Below, piece after piece: positions 39,551 to 49,448 of a stretch of DNA of 64,000 nucleotides. Source of the DNA: an uncultured Gemmatimonadales bacterium (GTDB lineage Bacteria; Gemmatimonadota; Gemmatimonadetes; Gemmatimonadales; GWC2-71-9); contig CAWHFW010000006.1 of the NCBI GenBank assembly GCA_963828735.1, forward strand, positions 64,001 through 128,000. Reading direction: 5' to 3'. A program made the translations under genes and the position numbers. Positions within the stretch are counted from its first letter, which is position 1. The number at the start of each line of letters is the position of its first letter. Below the pieces are notes generated by a model, which was given only the letters and a program-made list of their open reading frames with translations, had not been told where the DNA came from and made no database searches.

Positions 39551-40543
39551 TCAGTCGAGCAATCTCGGCGTGGTGGGCGACTTGTCGATCATGGAGATGG
39601 CCGCGCGGTTTCGGCGCGCGAGCCGGTACCGGAAGTGCTCGACGGTTCGCACCAGCCCGTCTGCCAGCTGGATTTGCGGCTCCCAGCCAAGCCAATCCCG
39701 CGCGCGGCTGATGTCCGGCTGGCGCTGCGTGGGATCATCCTGGGGGAGCGGCCGATAGACGACGCCCGCCTCGTTGCCCACGACTGCCACCACCTGTTCG
39801 GCGAGCTCCTTGATGGTGAACTCGACCGGATTGCCGAGATTGACGGGGTCGTGACGTCCCTTGGCGTTCATCAGGCGGATGAGACCCTCGACCAGGTCGT
39901 CCACGTAACAGAACGAGCGGGTCTGCTCGCCGGTGCCGTAGAGCGTGAGCTCCTCGCCGCGCAGCGCCTGGATGATGAAGTTGGACACCACGCGTCCGTC
40001 GTTCTCAGCCATCCGCGGGCCGTAGGTGTTGAAGATGCGGGCGATGCGAATGTCCACGCCGTCTTCGCGGTGATAGTCGGACATCAGCGTCTCGGCGACG
40101 CGCTTGCCTTCGTCATAACAGGCGCGTGGGCCGATCGGGTTGACGTTGCCCCAATAGCTTTCGGGCTGGGGGTGCACCGTCGGGTCTCCGTACACCTCCG
40201 ACGTTGATGCCTGGAGAATGCGAGCTCCGACGCGCTTGGCGAGCACCAGCATGTTGAGGGTGCCCATGACGTTCGACTTGACCGTCTTCACCGGGTTGTA
40301 CTGGTAATGCACCGGCGAGGCCGGGCAGGCGAGGTTGTAGATCTGGTCGACGTCGACGAACAGCGGCTCGCAGACGTCGTGGTGAAGCAGCTCGAAGCCC
40401 TGGTGATCCAGCAGGTGCTCGAGATTGGCGCGGCGGCCCGTGAAGAAGTTGTCCAGGCAGATGACGTGGTGCCCGTCGGCGAGCAGCCGATCGCTGAGAT
40501 GGGAGCCGATGAAGCCGGCGCCGCCGGTGACCAGAATCCGCAT
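39551..40543 (-). CDS. UDP-glucuronic acid decarboxylase (UDP-xylose synthase) family
   Basis: [54 protein letters not shown]. Confidence 0.93.
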   Translation of the reverse strand: MRILVTGGAGFIGSHLSDRLLADGHHVICLDNFFTGRRANLEHLLDHQGFELLHHDVCEPLFVDVDQIYNLACPASPVHYQYNPVKTVKSNVMGTLNMLVLAKRVGARILQASTSEVYGDPTVHPQPESYWGNVNPIGPRACYDEGKRVAETLMSDYHREDGVDIRIARIFNTYGPRMAENDGRVVSNFIIQALRGEELTLYGTGEQTRSFCYVDDLVEGLIRLMNAKGRHDPVNLGNPVEFTIKELAEQVVAVVGNEAGVVYRPLPQDDPTQRQPDISRARDWLGWEPQIQLADGLVRTVEHFRYRLARRNRAAISMIDKSPTTPRLLD

Positions 40544-40623
40544 TCGAACGCCTCAGAATTTACGCTTCGGTGCTAGCTCCCGTTCCGAATCGGAGCCTGC
40601 GTGGACCGCGACCATTCCCGAGC

Positions 40624-40639
40624 AGCGAAGGACATGCCA
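40624..40639 (-). promoter_or_regulatory. Putative sigma54 promoter
   Basis: TGGCATGTCCTTCGCT (GG-N10-GC), about 80 nt upstream of the decarboxylase ATG. Confidence 0.5.
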
Positions 40640-40821
40640 AACTTGGCAGCCCCAGGTTGGACGAGGTCCCAGCCCAATAAGTAGCGCCAGGGCAACGGCC
40701 TACAGCACCACACCGCACCCCGTACGCCCTAGTGATCCTTCGCATTATACCGGATTACAGCGACATCCGCTTCCTGCTGCCGGGAGGGCGGGACCGCCTA
40801 TTGGGGGCTCGAACTCTGGGG

Positions 40822-41523
40822 CTACGGTTTCCCAGGCCTCTTGCGTGAGGCTGGAGGGGCTTCTGGCGCCACGGACGGGGCCGTGCTGTCCGCTTCGTCG
40901 TCCACCGAGTCGACGGCCGGCTCGGGGGTCCTGGCGGCGCCTGGGTGTTCGACGACCGTGAACGTGCCGGCGCCGCGGCTGTCCACGCCCAGTCCGGCTC
41001 GCATGGCGCCGGTCCGATCCGCGAAGACGAGCGTGGCGGACCCTTCGGGGTTGAGGCCGAGAGCGCTACGGGTCATGCCGTTCCGATCACCGAAGGTCAG
41101 GTTCATCGTTTCGTCCGGCAGGAGGGCCAACACGCCGCGAGACTTGCCGGCGCTATCACTGAACGTGAGGCCGGATGCTCCACCCTTGAGGACCGTCAGC
41201 GTCACGCCGCCGCGAGTCCCGGGCGCCTGGAGCGACAGACGGAGCGACCCGTCGTCGAGCGCACCCCACGCACCGCGCACTGTGCCGGACTTGTCGCGGA
41301 TCAGGAATTGACGGGACTCGATGACATCGGCCACGGTTCCGGGGAAGCCATGCCGCGCCGACACGACCACCAGGGCGGCCGCGAGGCCCAGCAACACGGC
41401 CAATCCGACCACCGTGCTCGTCCACAGCCGACGCATGCGCCGCGTCTCTCGCTCCAGGTCCTGGATGCGCGACGCCATGTGGCGGAGAAGCTGGTCGCCG
41501 CCCTGAGGCTGGTGCTCGGTCAT
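40822..41523 (-). CDS. Hypothetical membrane-anchored protein with ~23-aa beta repeats
   Basis: Coiled-coil-like stretch, one TM helix, then repeats like RxxLGLxxxGSxxLxFxDxxG. Confidence 0.75.
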   Translation of the reverse strand: MTEHQPQGGDQLLRHMASRIQDLERETRRMRRLWTSTVVGLAVLLGLAAALVVVSARHGFPGTVADVIESRQFLIRDKSGTVRGAWGALDDGSLRLSLQAPGTRGGVTLTVLKGGASGLTFSDSAGKSRGVLALLPDETMNLTFGDRNGMTRSALGLNPEGSATLVFADRTGAMRAGLGVDSRGAGTFTVVEHPGAARTPEPAVDSVDDEADSTAPSVAPEAPPASRKRPGKP

Positions 41524-41527
41524 CGCT

Positions 41528-42868
41528 TCAGTGATCCTGCTCGTTGGTGAGGAAATAGGACTGGCACGCACGGTCCACCAGGTCGGGGGAGAGGCGCGGC
41601 GGAATGTTCTGATACTTCGCGATGTCCGCCACGTGCGACAGGATGTCGCGCGGATGGCACGCGCGCGCCGGAATCTTCCGGCCAGCATACCAGTCCCGGT
41701 AGACCTGGGAAAGCGCTTCCGGCGTGAACCGGATCCCCTCCGCCTCACAGCAGCGCTGGAAGATGAGGGCGTATTCGTCCGTGGTGGGATCCGTCACCGG
41801 AATCTTGTAGTGGATCCGGCGCAGAAACGCCTCCTCGACCAGCTCCGCCGGGTCCAGGTTGGTCGCGAAGATCAACAGGCAGTCGAACGGAATCGGGAAC
41901 TTGCCGCCGGTGTGCAGCGTGAGGAAGTCCATCCGCTTCTCGAGCGGCACGATCCACCGGTTCAGGAGATCGCGCGGCGGAACGCGCTGGCGACCGAAGT
42001 CGTCCACGATCAGCACACCGCCGTTCGCCTTCACCTGGAAGGGGGCCTGGTAGAGCTTCGTGAAGGGCTCGTACTGAAGGTCGAGCTGGTCGAGGGTCAG
42101 CTCCCCACCGGTCACGACGATCGGCCGTCGCACGTGCGCGTAACGCCGGTCGAAGCTCTCCGAGCGGAGCCAGATGCCTTCGGTGCCTGCGGGGGCCGAT
42201 TCCTCCTCGACCACCTCGTGGTGCACGGGGTCGAACACGACCACGAGCTGGCCGTCGATCTCCACGGCGTGAGGCACGAATATGGTTCCCCCCAGCATCT
42301 CGGAGATCGCCTCCGCGATGGCCGTCTTGCCGTTCCCAGGGTGTCCGTAGAGGAAGATGGACTTGGATGAGTTCACGGCGGGGCCCAGCACGTCGAACAG
42401 CCCTTCGTCGAGCACGAGGTGGCTCAGCCCGGCGCGCAGCACCTCCTGGGTGACGTGGGCGTGGCGGATGGACTGGATTTCCATCCGCTCACGGTATTGC
42501 CAGAGGGGCACGGGCGCGGGCCCGACATACTGGCTGGCTTCAAAGGCGTCCCTGGCGCGGGCACGGCCTTCCCCGGCCAGATCGAAGACGTAATTCCCCC
42601 TGTTGGGCCCTTGCGTTCCCCGAACCTCGATGAAGCGGCGCTGCTGCAGCGTCAGCAGCTCGTCGTCGATGATAGCGAACGGCAGCGCGACGAACTGGGC
42701 CAGCTGCTGACCCGTCCGGGTGCCCTGGACATACAGGGTCTTGAGCAGGAGGTCGCGCACGAAGTCGCCCGTGAGGCCCGTGTCGGACAGCTTGTCGGGG
42801 CTGGGCGGCGTGTCGCCGCGGTAATCGGGCTGTGGCTCGCTCGAGGACGCTGCGGGCATTGCGCTCAT
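41528..42868 (-). CDS. AAA family ATPase (Tad-locus associated)
   Basis: GHPGNGKT Walker A, IVDDFGRQ Walker B, FATNL, AFLRRI. Confidence 0.88.
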   Translation of the reverse strand: MSAMPAASSSEPQPDYRGDTPPSPDKLSDTGLTGDFVRDLLLKTLYVQGTRTGQQLAQFVALPFAIIDDELLTLQQRRFIEVRGTQGPNRGNYVFDLAGEGRARARDAFEASQYVGPAPVPLWQYRERMEIQSIRHAHVTQEVLRAGLSHLVLDEGLFDVLGPAVNSSKSIFLYGHPGNGKTAIAEAISEMLGGTIFVPHAVEIDGQLVVVFDPVHHEVVEEESAPAGTEGIWLRSESFDRRYAHVRRPIVVTGGELTLDQLDLQYEPFTKLYQAPFQVKANGGVLIVDDFGRQRVPPRDLLNRWIVPLEKRMDFLTLHTGGKFPIPFDCLLIFATNLDPAELVEEAFLRRIHYKIPVTDPTTDEYALIFQRCCEAEGIRFTPEALSQVYRDWYAGRKIPARACHPRDILSHVADIAKYQNIPPRLSPDLVDRACQSYFLTNEQDH

Positions 42869-43269
42869 GACACTGCCTCCAGATGGGAGCCACGCCTCCG
42901 GTCGGGCCCTGCGCCCGTCTCCTGCCATTCGAGTCGGTCACCGATGGCGGTCCCCGTGGCGGCCAGGGTGCCGACGGGCACCTCGAGCGCGTAGCGGGCC
43001 CCGGGGCTCGCGGCCATGCGCCAGCCGGGTGCGAGCCGCGGGTGAAGCGACACGACCCGCCGCTCGTGGTTCAGCAGCGCCACGTCGATCGCGTAGCGCA
43101 TCCCCAGCATGTGAACCGATCCACAGGGCACGAGCAGCAGCCCTTCGCCCGCTTCCGGCTCCGGGCGGCCCAGCAGCCCGCGAAGCCGGGAGAGCCACTT
43201 GTCCGCGAGCGCGATCCGGGAGCCCAGCACAGCGCCCCGCTCGGCGTTCACGACCTTCAGCAGGGTCAT
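42865..43269 (-). CDS. DUF192 domain protein
   Basis: RLRGLLGR, EGLLL.PCGSVHMLGMRYAIDV, ALEVPVG. Confidence 0.85.
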   Translation of the reverse strand: MTLLKVVNAERGAVLGSRIALADKWLSRLRGLLGRPEPEAGEGLLLVPCGSVHMLGMRYAIDVALLNHERRVVSLHPRLAPGWRMAASPGARYALEVPVGTLAATGTAIGDRLEWQETGAGPDRRRGSHLEAVS

Positions 43270-44189
43270 CAGAGGTGCGTGAACATCCGGTAGATGGCGA
43301 TCACCGACGGGCCCAGCACCACCACGAACATGGCCGGGAAGACGAACAGCACGAGCGGGAAGACGAGCTTGATGGTCGTCTTGGCGGCGGCCTCCTCGGC
43401 GCGCTGCCGGCGCTTGGTGCGCATCGTGTCCGCGTGCACCCGGAGCGCGTCGGCCACCGACGTGCCGAACCGGTCGGTCTGGATCAGCATGCTGACCAGG
43501 GACTTCATGTCGGGGAGGCCCGTGCGGTCGGCGAGGTTCTTGAGCGCCTCGTCCCTGGGGGTGCCGGCCCGCATCTCGAGGTTCACCAGCGCAAGCTGCT
43601 CGCTCATCACCAGGCTCACATGGTCGATCTCGTCCGCCACGCGCACGAGCGCCTGATTGAGACCCAGGCCGGCCTCGACGCAGACCACGAGCATGTCGAG
43701 CATGTCGGGCATGGCCTTCTGCAGGTCCTTCTGGCGTGCCTTGAGCCGCCTCCGGACATAGAACACCGGCCCGACCCATCCGAGCCCACCGAGCCACACG
43801 ACCGACATCAGTACCTGCGTCGTGCTCAGCCCCAGCAGTGGCAGGAAGAAGAGCGCGCCGGCGACGAACCCCATGGCGAGGACCACGCGCGTGGCCCAGT
43901 AGATCGCCACCGCGCCCGGATCCACATACCCGGCCTGGAGGAGGAATTGGCGGAGCTCGCCCGAATCCTTGCGTCCCGTCTCGACGCGCTCGCCTAACGC
44001 CTGCAGCACCGATTTCATCCGGTCGAGCCGTTGCTGCCGGCGACGGCGCGCGACCGTATCCTGGGTGCCCCCGATGGACGCGAGCTCGTCGAGCTGCGCC
44101 AGCGCACCCCGGTTCGGGTTCGTCTGGAGCAGCAGCATGGTCAGCGAGACGACCGCCACCGCGGTCAGGAAGGCGATGAGCAGCAGCAT
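43269..44189 (-). CDS. tadC: Tad pilus assembly protein TadC
   Basis: PDMLDMLVVCVEAGLGL, QTDRFGTSV, RRQRAEEAAAK. Confidence 0.93.
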   Translation of the reverse strand: MLLLIAFLTAVAVVSLTMLLLQTNPNRGALAQLDELASIGGTQDTVARRRRQQRLDRMKSVLQALGERVETGRKDSGELRQFLLQAGYVDPGAVAIYWATRVVLAMGFVAGALFFLPLLGLSTTQVLMSVVWLGGLGWVGPVFYVRRRLKARQKDLQKAMPDMLDMLVVCVEAGLGLNQALVRVADEIDHVSLVMSEQLALVNLEMRAGTPRDEALKNLADRTGLPDMKSLVSMLIQTDRFGTSVADALRVHADTMRTKRRQRAEEAAAKTTIKLVFPLVLFVFPAMFVVVLGPSVIAIYRMFTHL

Positions 44190-44197
44190 GGAGGCGC

Positions 44198-45172
44198 TCA
44201 GATCTCGATGTTGACGATCTTCCGGATCCAGAAAAAGCCAGCAAGCTGCATCACGAGGGCGATGCCGACCAGCATCTTGCCGATCGGGTCCGTGAACAGC
44301 ACTGACATGTATTCCGGGTTGATCGTATAGAGCAGGGCGAAGAGCATGAATGGAAGCAGCGCCAGGAGGTAGCCGGTCATGCGGCCCTGGGCGGTGTAGA
44401 CCTTGATCTGCCGGCGGATGGTGAACCGCGCGCGGATGACGTTCGACAGGTTGTCCAGGATCTCCGCCAGGTTGCCGCCGACCTCACGCTGGATCAGGAT
44501 GGCGGTCACCAGGATACGGACATCCACGAGGTTGATCCGGTCCGCCATGCCCAGCAGCGAATCCTGGAGCGGCAAGCCGAAACGCTGCTCCTCGAACACG
44601 CGCCGGAACTCACTCGCCACGGGCTCGCTGCCGTCATCCGCTGCCATCTTGAGGCCCGCCGAAAGCGGATGCCCGGCGCGAATCGCCCGGCCGACGAGGT
44701 CCATGGACTCGGGGAGCAGCTCCTCGAACTGATACAATCGGCGGTTGCGGCGCCAGCGGACGTACAGCGTCGGGATGGACGCGGCGATGACCGCGAGTGG
44801 GAAGGCGATGAGGAACGACCGCGTGGCGGTGAGGACGGCGAGGCCCACCGCCACCGCGAGGCCGACGGACAGGAGGAACAGCGTCGGCAGACTCCACGAC
44901 ACCTTCGCCTGCTGAAGCAGCAGCTCCATGTCCTGGAGGGCCGGCATGCGGGAAGCGATCGGGCGCAGCCAGGGGGACTCGAGGATCGCGGAGCGGAAGA
45001 TCTGGCCGCGCTGGCCGGCGTGCTCGAAGCCTTCGTTGGCCATTGAGCGAAGCTCGCCCACCATCCGACGCTTGCGCTGCTGCTCCCCCAGCCATTCGAG
45101 GATGAGCACCACCGACACCGTGCCCAGCGCGACCGCCACGAAGGCGACGATCGCCGGAAGCAGCAGGTTCAT
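44198..45172 (-). CDS. tadB: Tad pilus assembly protein TadB
   Basis: RAIRAGH, IQREVGGNLAEIL, TAQGR. Confidence 0.93.
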   Translation of the reverse strand: MNLLLPAIVAFVAVALGTVSVVLILEWLGEQQRKRRMVGELRSMANEGFEHAGQRGQIFRSAILESPWLRPIASRMPALQDMELLLQQAKVSWSLPTLFLLSVGLAVAVGLAVLTATRSFLIAFPLAVIAASIPTLYVRWRRNRRLYQFEELLPESMDLVGRAIRAGHPLSAGLKMAADDGSEPVASEFRRVFEEQRFGLPLQDSLLGMADRINLVDVRILVTAILIQREVGGNLAEILDNLSNVIRARFTIRRQIKVYTAQGRMTGYLLALLPFMLFALLYTINPEYMSVLFTDPIGKMLVGIALVMQLAGFFWIRKIVNIEI

Positions 45173-45180
45173 CGGGATGC

Positions 45181-46611
45181 CTACCACCGCGACGCCCCGC
45201 CTCGGCCCGTGTCGGCGGGCGCGTGATTCGTGAACAGCAGGGACGACAGGTCCACGCCGTAGGACTTGAGCCGTTCAGAGAAGCGGGGCCGGATACCCGT
45301 CGCGCGGAAGTGGCCCTGGACCTTTTCGTCGGCTCCGATGCCTTCGCGCTCGTAGACGAAGATGTCCTGCATGGTGATGATGTCGCCTTCCATGCCGACG
45401 ATCTCGGACACCTGCATCACCTTTCGCCCGCCGTCGGAGAGGCGGCTCACCTGGAGCACCACGTTGATCGCGCTCGCGATCTGCTGCCGCATGGCGCGCT
45501 CGGGCAGCTCCAGGTTGGCCATCGAGATCATGGTCTCGAGCCGGCTCAGCGCATCCCGCGGCGTGTTGGCATGGAGCGTCGTGAGCGAGCCGTCGTGGCC
45601 GGTGTTCATGGCCTGGAGCATGTCGATGGCTTCGGCGCCGCGACACTCACCCATGATGATCCGGTCGGGCCGCATTCGCAGGGCGTTGATGAGGAGGAGG
45701 CGCTGCGCCACCTCGCCCGACCCCTCGATGTTGGCCGGCCGGGTCTCGAGGCGTACCACGTGCGGCTGCTTGAGCTGAAGTTCGGCCGAATCCTCGATGG
45801 TGACGATGCGCTCGCCCGCCGGGATGAACGAGCTGAGGATGTTGAGCAAGGTCGTCTTGCCGGCGCCGGTGCCTCCCGAGATCAGCACGTTGAGCCGGGC
45901 GCGCACGATGGCGCGGAGCAACTCGAGCATGGGCTCGGTGAGGCTCTCGGTCCGGAGCAGATCCTCTCCCGAGAGGGCGTCGCGCTTGAACTTACGGATC
46001 GAGAGATGGGGCCCGTCGAGCGCCAGCGGCTTGATGATCGCGTTGACGCGGGACCCGTCGGGCAGGCGCGCGTCCACCATGGGCGAGGAGTCGTCGATGC
46101 GCCGGCCGACGGCCGAGACGATCCGGTCGATCACCTGCAACAGGTGACGGTCGTCCTGGAACATCACGTCGGTGCGCTCGAGCCGCCCGTGGCGCTCGAT
46201 GTACACCTGCTTGTAGGTGTTGACCAGGATATCGGAGATCTCGGGATCCTGGATCAGGGGCTCCAGGGGCCCGAGGCCGAAGATCTCGTCCAGCACCTGC
46301 CCCACCACCAGGTCCCGCTCGTCGAAGTTGAGCGGCACCGATTCCTGGGTGATGAGGTCATGCACGACCTTCCGGATGGCCTCGGCGACCTGGGCTCGAT
46401 CCAGCCGGTCCAGATTCGACAGATTGAGTCGCTCGAGCAGACGGCGATGGATGCGCCCCTTGATCTGCTGGAGCGCGTGCGCGTTGGCGGTGTCGGTGAG
46501 GCCGGCACCTCCTGTCACGCTCTTGACCGCCGGCTCGACGCGCTCCCAGGGCAGCGTCCCGCGACGACCGTTGCCATCCCCTGCGGGAGGTGTGGGCTTC
46601 GGACTGGCCAT
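45181..46611 (-). CDS. tadA: Tad/Flp secretion ATPase CpaF/TadA
   Basis: [41 protein letters not shown]. Confidence 0.96.
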   Translation of the reverse strand: MASPKPTPPAGDGNGRRGTLPWERVEPAVKSVTGGAGLTDTANAHALQQIKGRIHRRLLERLNLSNLDRLDRAQVAEAIRKVVHDLITQESVPLNFDERDLVVGQVLDEIFGLGPLEPLIQDPEISDILVNTYKQVYIERHGRLERTDVMFQDDRHLLQVIDRIVSAVGRRIDDSSPMVDARLPDGSRVNAIIKPLALDGPHLSIRKFKRDALSGEDLLRTESLTEPMLELLRAIVRARLNVLISGGTGAGKTTLLNILSSFIPAGERIVTIEDSAELQLKQPHVVRLETRPANIEGSGEVAQRLLLINALRMRPDRIIMGECRGAEAIDMLQAMNTGHDGSLTTLHANTPRDALSRLETMISMANLELPERAMRQQIASAINVVLQVSRLSDGGRKVMQVSEIVGMEGDIITMQDIFVYEREGIGADEKVQGHFRATGIRPRFSERLKSYGVDLSSLLFTNHAPADTGRGGASRW

Positions 46612-46614
46612 GGA

Positions 46615-47871
46615 CTACTCTCCTTCCGACTTCTTGCCGTTTCGCTTCAGGACACCACGCACCGAGTCGGACAGCCGTCCCAACGCGCCCCGCGATCCCT
46701 TCCCTGCCGACGACACGCCCGTGACCACCGCCGCGAGCCCCCTCACGTCCTTGGTGTAGCTGGACCTGCCGCCATTCAGCACGATCGGCTTGCCCGAGTT
46801 GACGGAGCCCATCACGGCGTCGTAGTCGTTGCTCACCTTCCAGAACACCTTGAGGCCGAGGCTCCGTTCGACGTCAGCGGGCGAGATCGAGTCGCCGGGA
46901 TCGTACCGGTTGAGCACCAGCCGCACCTGGTCCGGCCCGCCCGTGAGCACGCGCTTGAGCAACGGAAACCCGCGCTGGATGTTCCGCAGCGATGGGAGAT
47001 CCACCGTGCTCACGATGTAGACCTGGTCGGCCGCCTCGAACACCGCCAGGATGGGCGGGGCGAACGAGCGCGGCGTGTCCACGATGATGTAGTCGTAGTG
47101 CTGGCGCAGGAACGCCAGGATGCGCCGGATCTGCTCCGCCGTCACCGCTTCCGCTTTCTCGGGCTGGAACGGGGCAGAGAGCAGGTGCACGCCGGATTCG
47201 TGCCGCTCGATGTACGAGGCCAGGAGGCCGGCGTCCATCCGGCGGAAGTTCTCGACGAAGTCCACGAAGTTGAACCGTGGCTGCACGCCCAGAACGAGCG
47301 CGCTCTCCCCCATTTCGAGATCGAGGTCCACCAGCAGCGTCCGCTTTTGCGTCGTGCGGTGGACCACGATGGCCAGGTTCGTGGCGAGGGTGGTCGACCC
47401 TCCCCCGCCCTTTGGACTGAAGAACGCCAGGATCTTGCCGGCCTGCCTCTGCTGGTCCGAGGATGGCTTTCGAAGCTTTTGGGCGGCGCGAGCTGCAGCC
47501 CCCCGGAGGTCGTCCGGGTCCACGGGCTTCGGCAGATACTCGGTGACGCCGGCGCGCATGGCTGCCAGGAGCTGGTCGCTGGTCAGCACGGGACCCACGG
47601 CGATGAAGACCAGGGACGGATTCTGATCGATGAGGAACAGGGCGAATCGGAGCGCCAGGTCCGGAGCGTCCTCCATGTCGAGAAGAATCACCTCGGGCGC
47701 CTGTGCCCGGATGGCCTGCAGCTGCTGTTCGCCCATGGCGTCGTACGACACGCTGAGCTCCAGCTCGACGGCGATGGGGCGGTCCGGTCCGCTCAGAACC
47801 TGGCGGACCATCTCCCGAAACTGGGAGTCGGTGGTGACGAGCGCGGCGCGCGGAACCCCTGGGCTGCTCAC
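46615..47871 (-). CDS. cpaE: CpaE/TadZ (receiver-like + MinD/ParA-like ATPase)
   Basis: AMRAGVTEYL, KGGGGSTTLATNLA, YDYIIVD. Confidence 0.88.
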   Translation of the reverse strand: MSSPGVPRAALVTTDSQFREMVRQVLSGPDRPIAVELELSVSYDAMGEQQLQAIRAQAPEVILLDMEDAPDLALRFALFLIDQNPSLVFIAVGPVLTSDQLLAAMRAGVTEYLPKPVDPDDLRGAAARAAQKLRKPSSDQQRQAGKILAFFSPKGGGGSTTLATNLAIVVHRTTQKRTLLVDLDLEMGESALVLGVQPRFNFVDFVENFRRMDAGLLASYIERHESGVHLLSAPFQPEKAEAVTAEQIRRILAFLRQHYDYIIVDTPRSFAPPILAVFEAADQVYIVSTVDLPSLRNIQRGFPLLKRVLTGGPDQVRLVLNRYDPGDSISPADVERSLGLKVFWKVSNDYDAVMGSVNSGKPIVLNGGRSSYTKDVRGLAAVVTGVSSAGKGSRGALGRLSDSVRGVLKRNGKKSEGE

Positions 47872-47888
47872 GATGCTGTCGGCGTCCC

Positions 47889-49133
47889 TTACTTGATGAG
47901 AACGAGCTTCTTGACGAGCGGTCCCGAGCTAGGACCAGTACCCCCACCACCTTCGACGTAGCCTAGGAATCGCCCGGTGACCTCACCCTTGCACTGTCCG
48001 GGACTTCCGGTGCACGGCCTCTTATCCAGGAACACCTTGGCGAAGTTCAGGAAGTGAATCCCGTTGTTTTGGGGATTCAGAATCTCCCCCGGGTCATACA
48101 GCCCGATCGCGACCACGCGGGGGCTGATTTCTTCCCAGTTCGCGGGACATGTGACGTTCCCGCAGACGGGAGAATTGGTCGAGTTGTCCCATGTCCAGTC
48201 CGCCGACGGAGCAGTGTTGATGCGGTCGGCCCAGGCCTGGCCGAGATTCGGCTTTGACCCATTTGCGGCACGCTGCTCGACTTCGTTCAACTGATGCTCG
48301 CTGCATTCGGGATTCCGAATGCGAGCGGCCAGCGCCGAATCGCTCGCGGCATTCCCGTCCTTGCCCCACGCGAGATAGTTCGACGAAACCGAGGTGCTTC
48401 CAGGGTCCAAGGTCATCAGTACCATCTGGTGACCGTAATCACTGCTCGCATAGCCCGTGGCCTGGGCGGAGTTCGGCGGGTAGTAATAGTCCCCCTGGGA
48501 AGGATTATAGACCCACTGCTCCCAGGGCTCAGACACCTTGTTCCCCTGTTTGTTGTAGTCCCACTGCCCGTTGTTGTTCGCGTCGTTGTAGTCGAACTTC
48601 CCATTGGCGTTCGCGTCTTCCGTGGCGTCCGGCAGGGTGTTGTGCCACTTGTCGGCGATCGCCACCGGCATAAGACAGGTCGTGATCCCGGACTCTACGG
48701 CATGCGCCGTCGCGGTCGCGGTGATACCCATGGTCGCCGAACCGAATCTCCGCGCGAACCACAGGCCAATGTCGGCACGAGCGAAGTCGGCCTTCACCTT
48801 TTCATTGGCCAGGTCGACGGTGACGCACACCTCAGCGGCCCCGCAAGCTCCCGTGGTATCGACCAGAACTGAATGGACCGAATGTTTACTCGCGAACTCC
48901 TTTGCCCGATCCACCGCGACGGTAGTCTTGTTTATCGTGGGATCGTTGATCAAGAACGCGCTCGCGCCGGCGAGGGCCGCGGCGTCCATCGCACGCTGGG
49001 CCTCGGCCTTGGTCGTCTTGATCATGCCGTAGTCGATGGCGATGGCAGCCATTGCCAGCGTCAGAAACAGCGTGACCGCCATAAGCGCGAGTGTCACCCC
49101 ACGCTCACTCCGTAATACGCTTGCGTGCCTCAT
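47889..49133 (-). CDS. tadG: TadG-like Tad-domain minor pilin/adhesin
   Basis: ERG processing motif plus TM, AIDYG..AQRAMDAAALAGA; Cys-rich variable C-terminus ending LVLIK. Confidence 0.85.
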   Translation of the reverse strand: MRHASVLRSERGVTLALMAVTLFLTLAMAAIAIDYGMIKTTKAEAQRAMDAAALAGASAFLINDPTINKTTVAVDRAKEFASKHSVHSVLVDTTGACGAAEVCVTVDLANEKVKADFARADIGLWFARRFGSATMGITATATAHAVESGITTCLMPVAIADKWHNTLPDATEDANANGKFDYNDANNNGQWDYNKQGNKVSEPWEQWVYNPSQGDYYYPPNSAQATGYASSDYGHQMVLMTLDPGSTSVSSNYLAWGKDGNAASDSALAARIRNPECSEHQLNEVEQRAANGSKPNLGQAWADRINTAPSADWTWDNSTNSPVCGNVTCPANWEEISPRVVAIGLYDPGEILNPQNNGIHFLNFAKVFLDKRPCTGSPGQCKGEVTGRFLGYVEGGGGTGPSSGPLVKKLVLIK

Positions 49134-49183
49134 CGCCGCTCCTTGCCGTCCAGGGGTGACGGCTCTGTCGACCTAGACACCGA

Positions 49184-49445
49184 CTACTTGATCAGGACCA
49201 ATCGCTTGACCAGCGTTCCGGGTGGGCTGCCGGTCGGGTTGCTACCGGTCACGAAACCAAGAAACCGACCGGTCACTGGCTCCTTGCAGCCGGCGTGCCC
49301 CGAGCACGCGCGCTTGTCGATGAACACCTTCGCCAAATTATTGAGCTGTATCGTATTGCAGCTCGGGCATCCACCGTATGACGATGGGTTGTACAGCCCA
49401 CAAATTGACACGCTCGCGCTCGTTCAGCCAGTCGGACCCGGTCAA
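49184..49445 (-). pseudogene. Remnant C-terminus of a second TadG paralogue
   Basis: GLYNP..NTIQLNNLAKVFIDKRACSGHAGCKEPVTGRFLGFVTG..GTLVKRLVLIK aligns with the TadG C-terminus; no N-terminal Tad domain. Confidence 0.8.
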
Positions 49446-49448
49446 GGG

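Noticed and set aside
45223..47961. 912-aa plus-strand ORF (also 50406-52274 and 37833-39449)
   Set aside because: Antisense shadows of tad and M48 genes in high-GC DNA.
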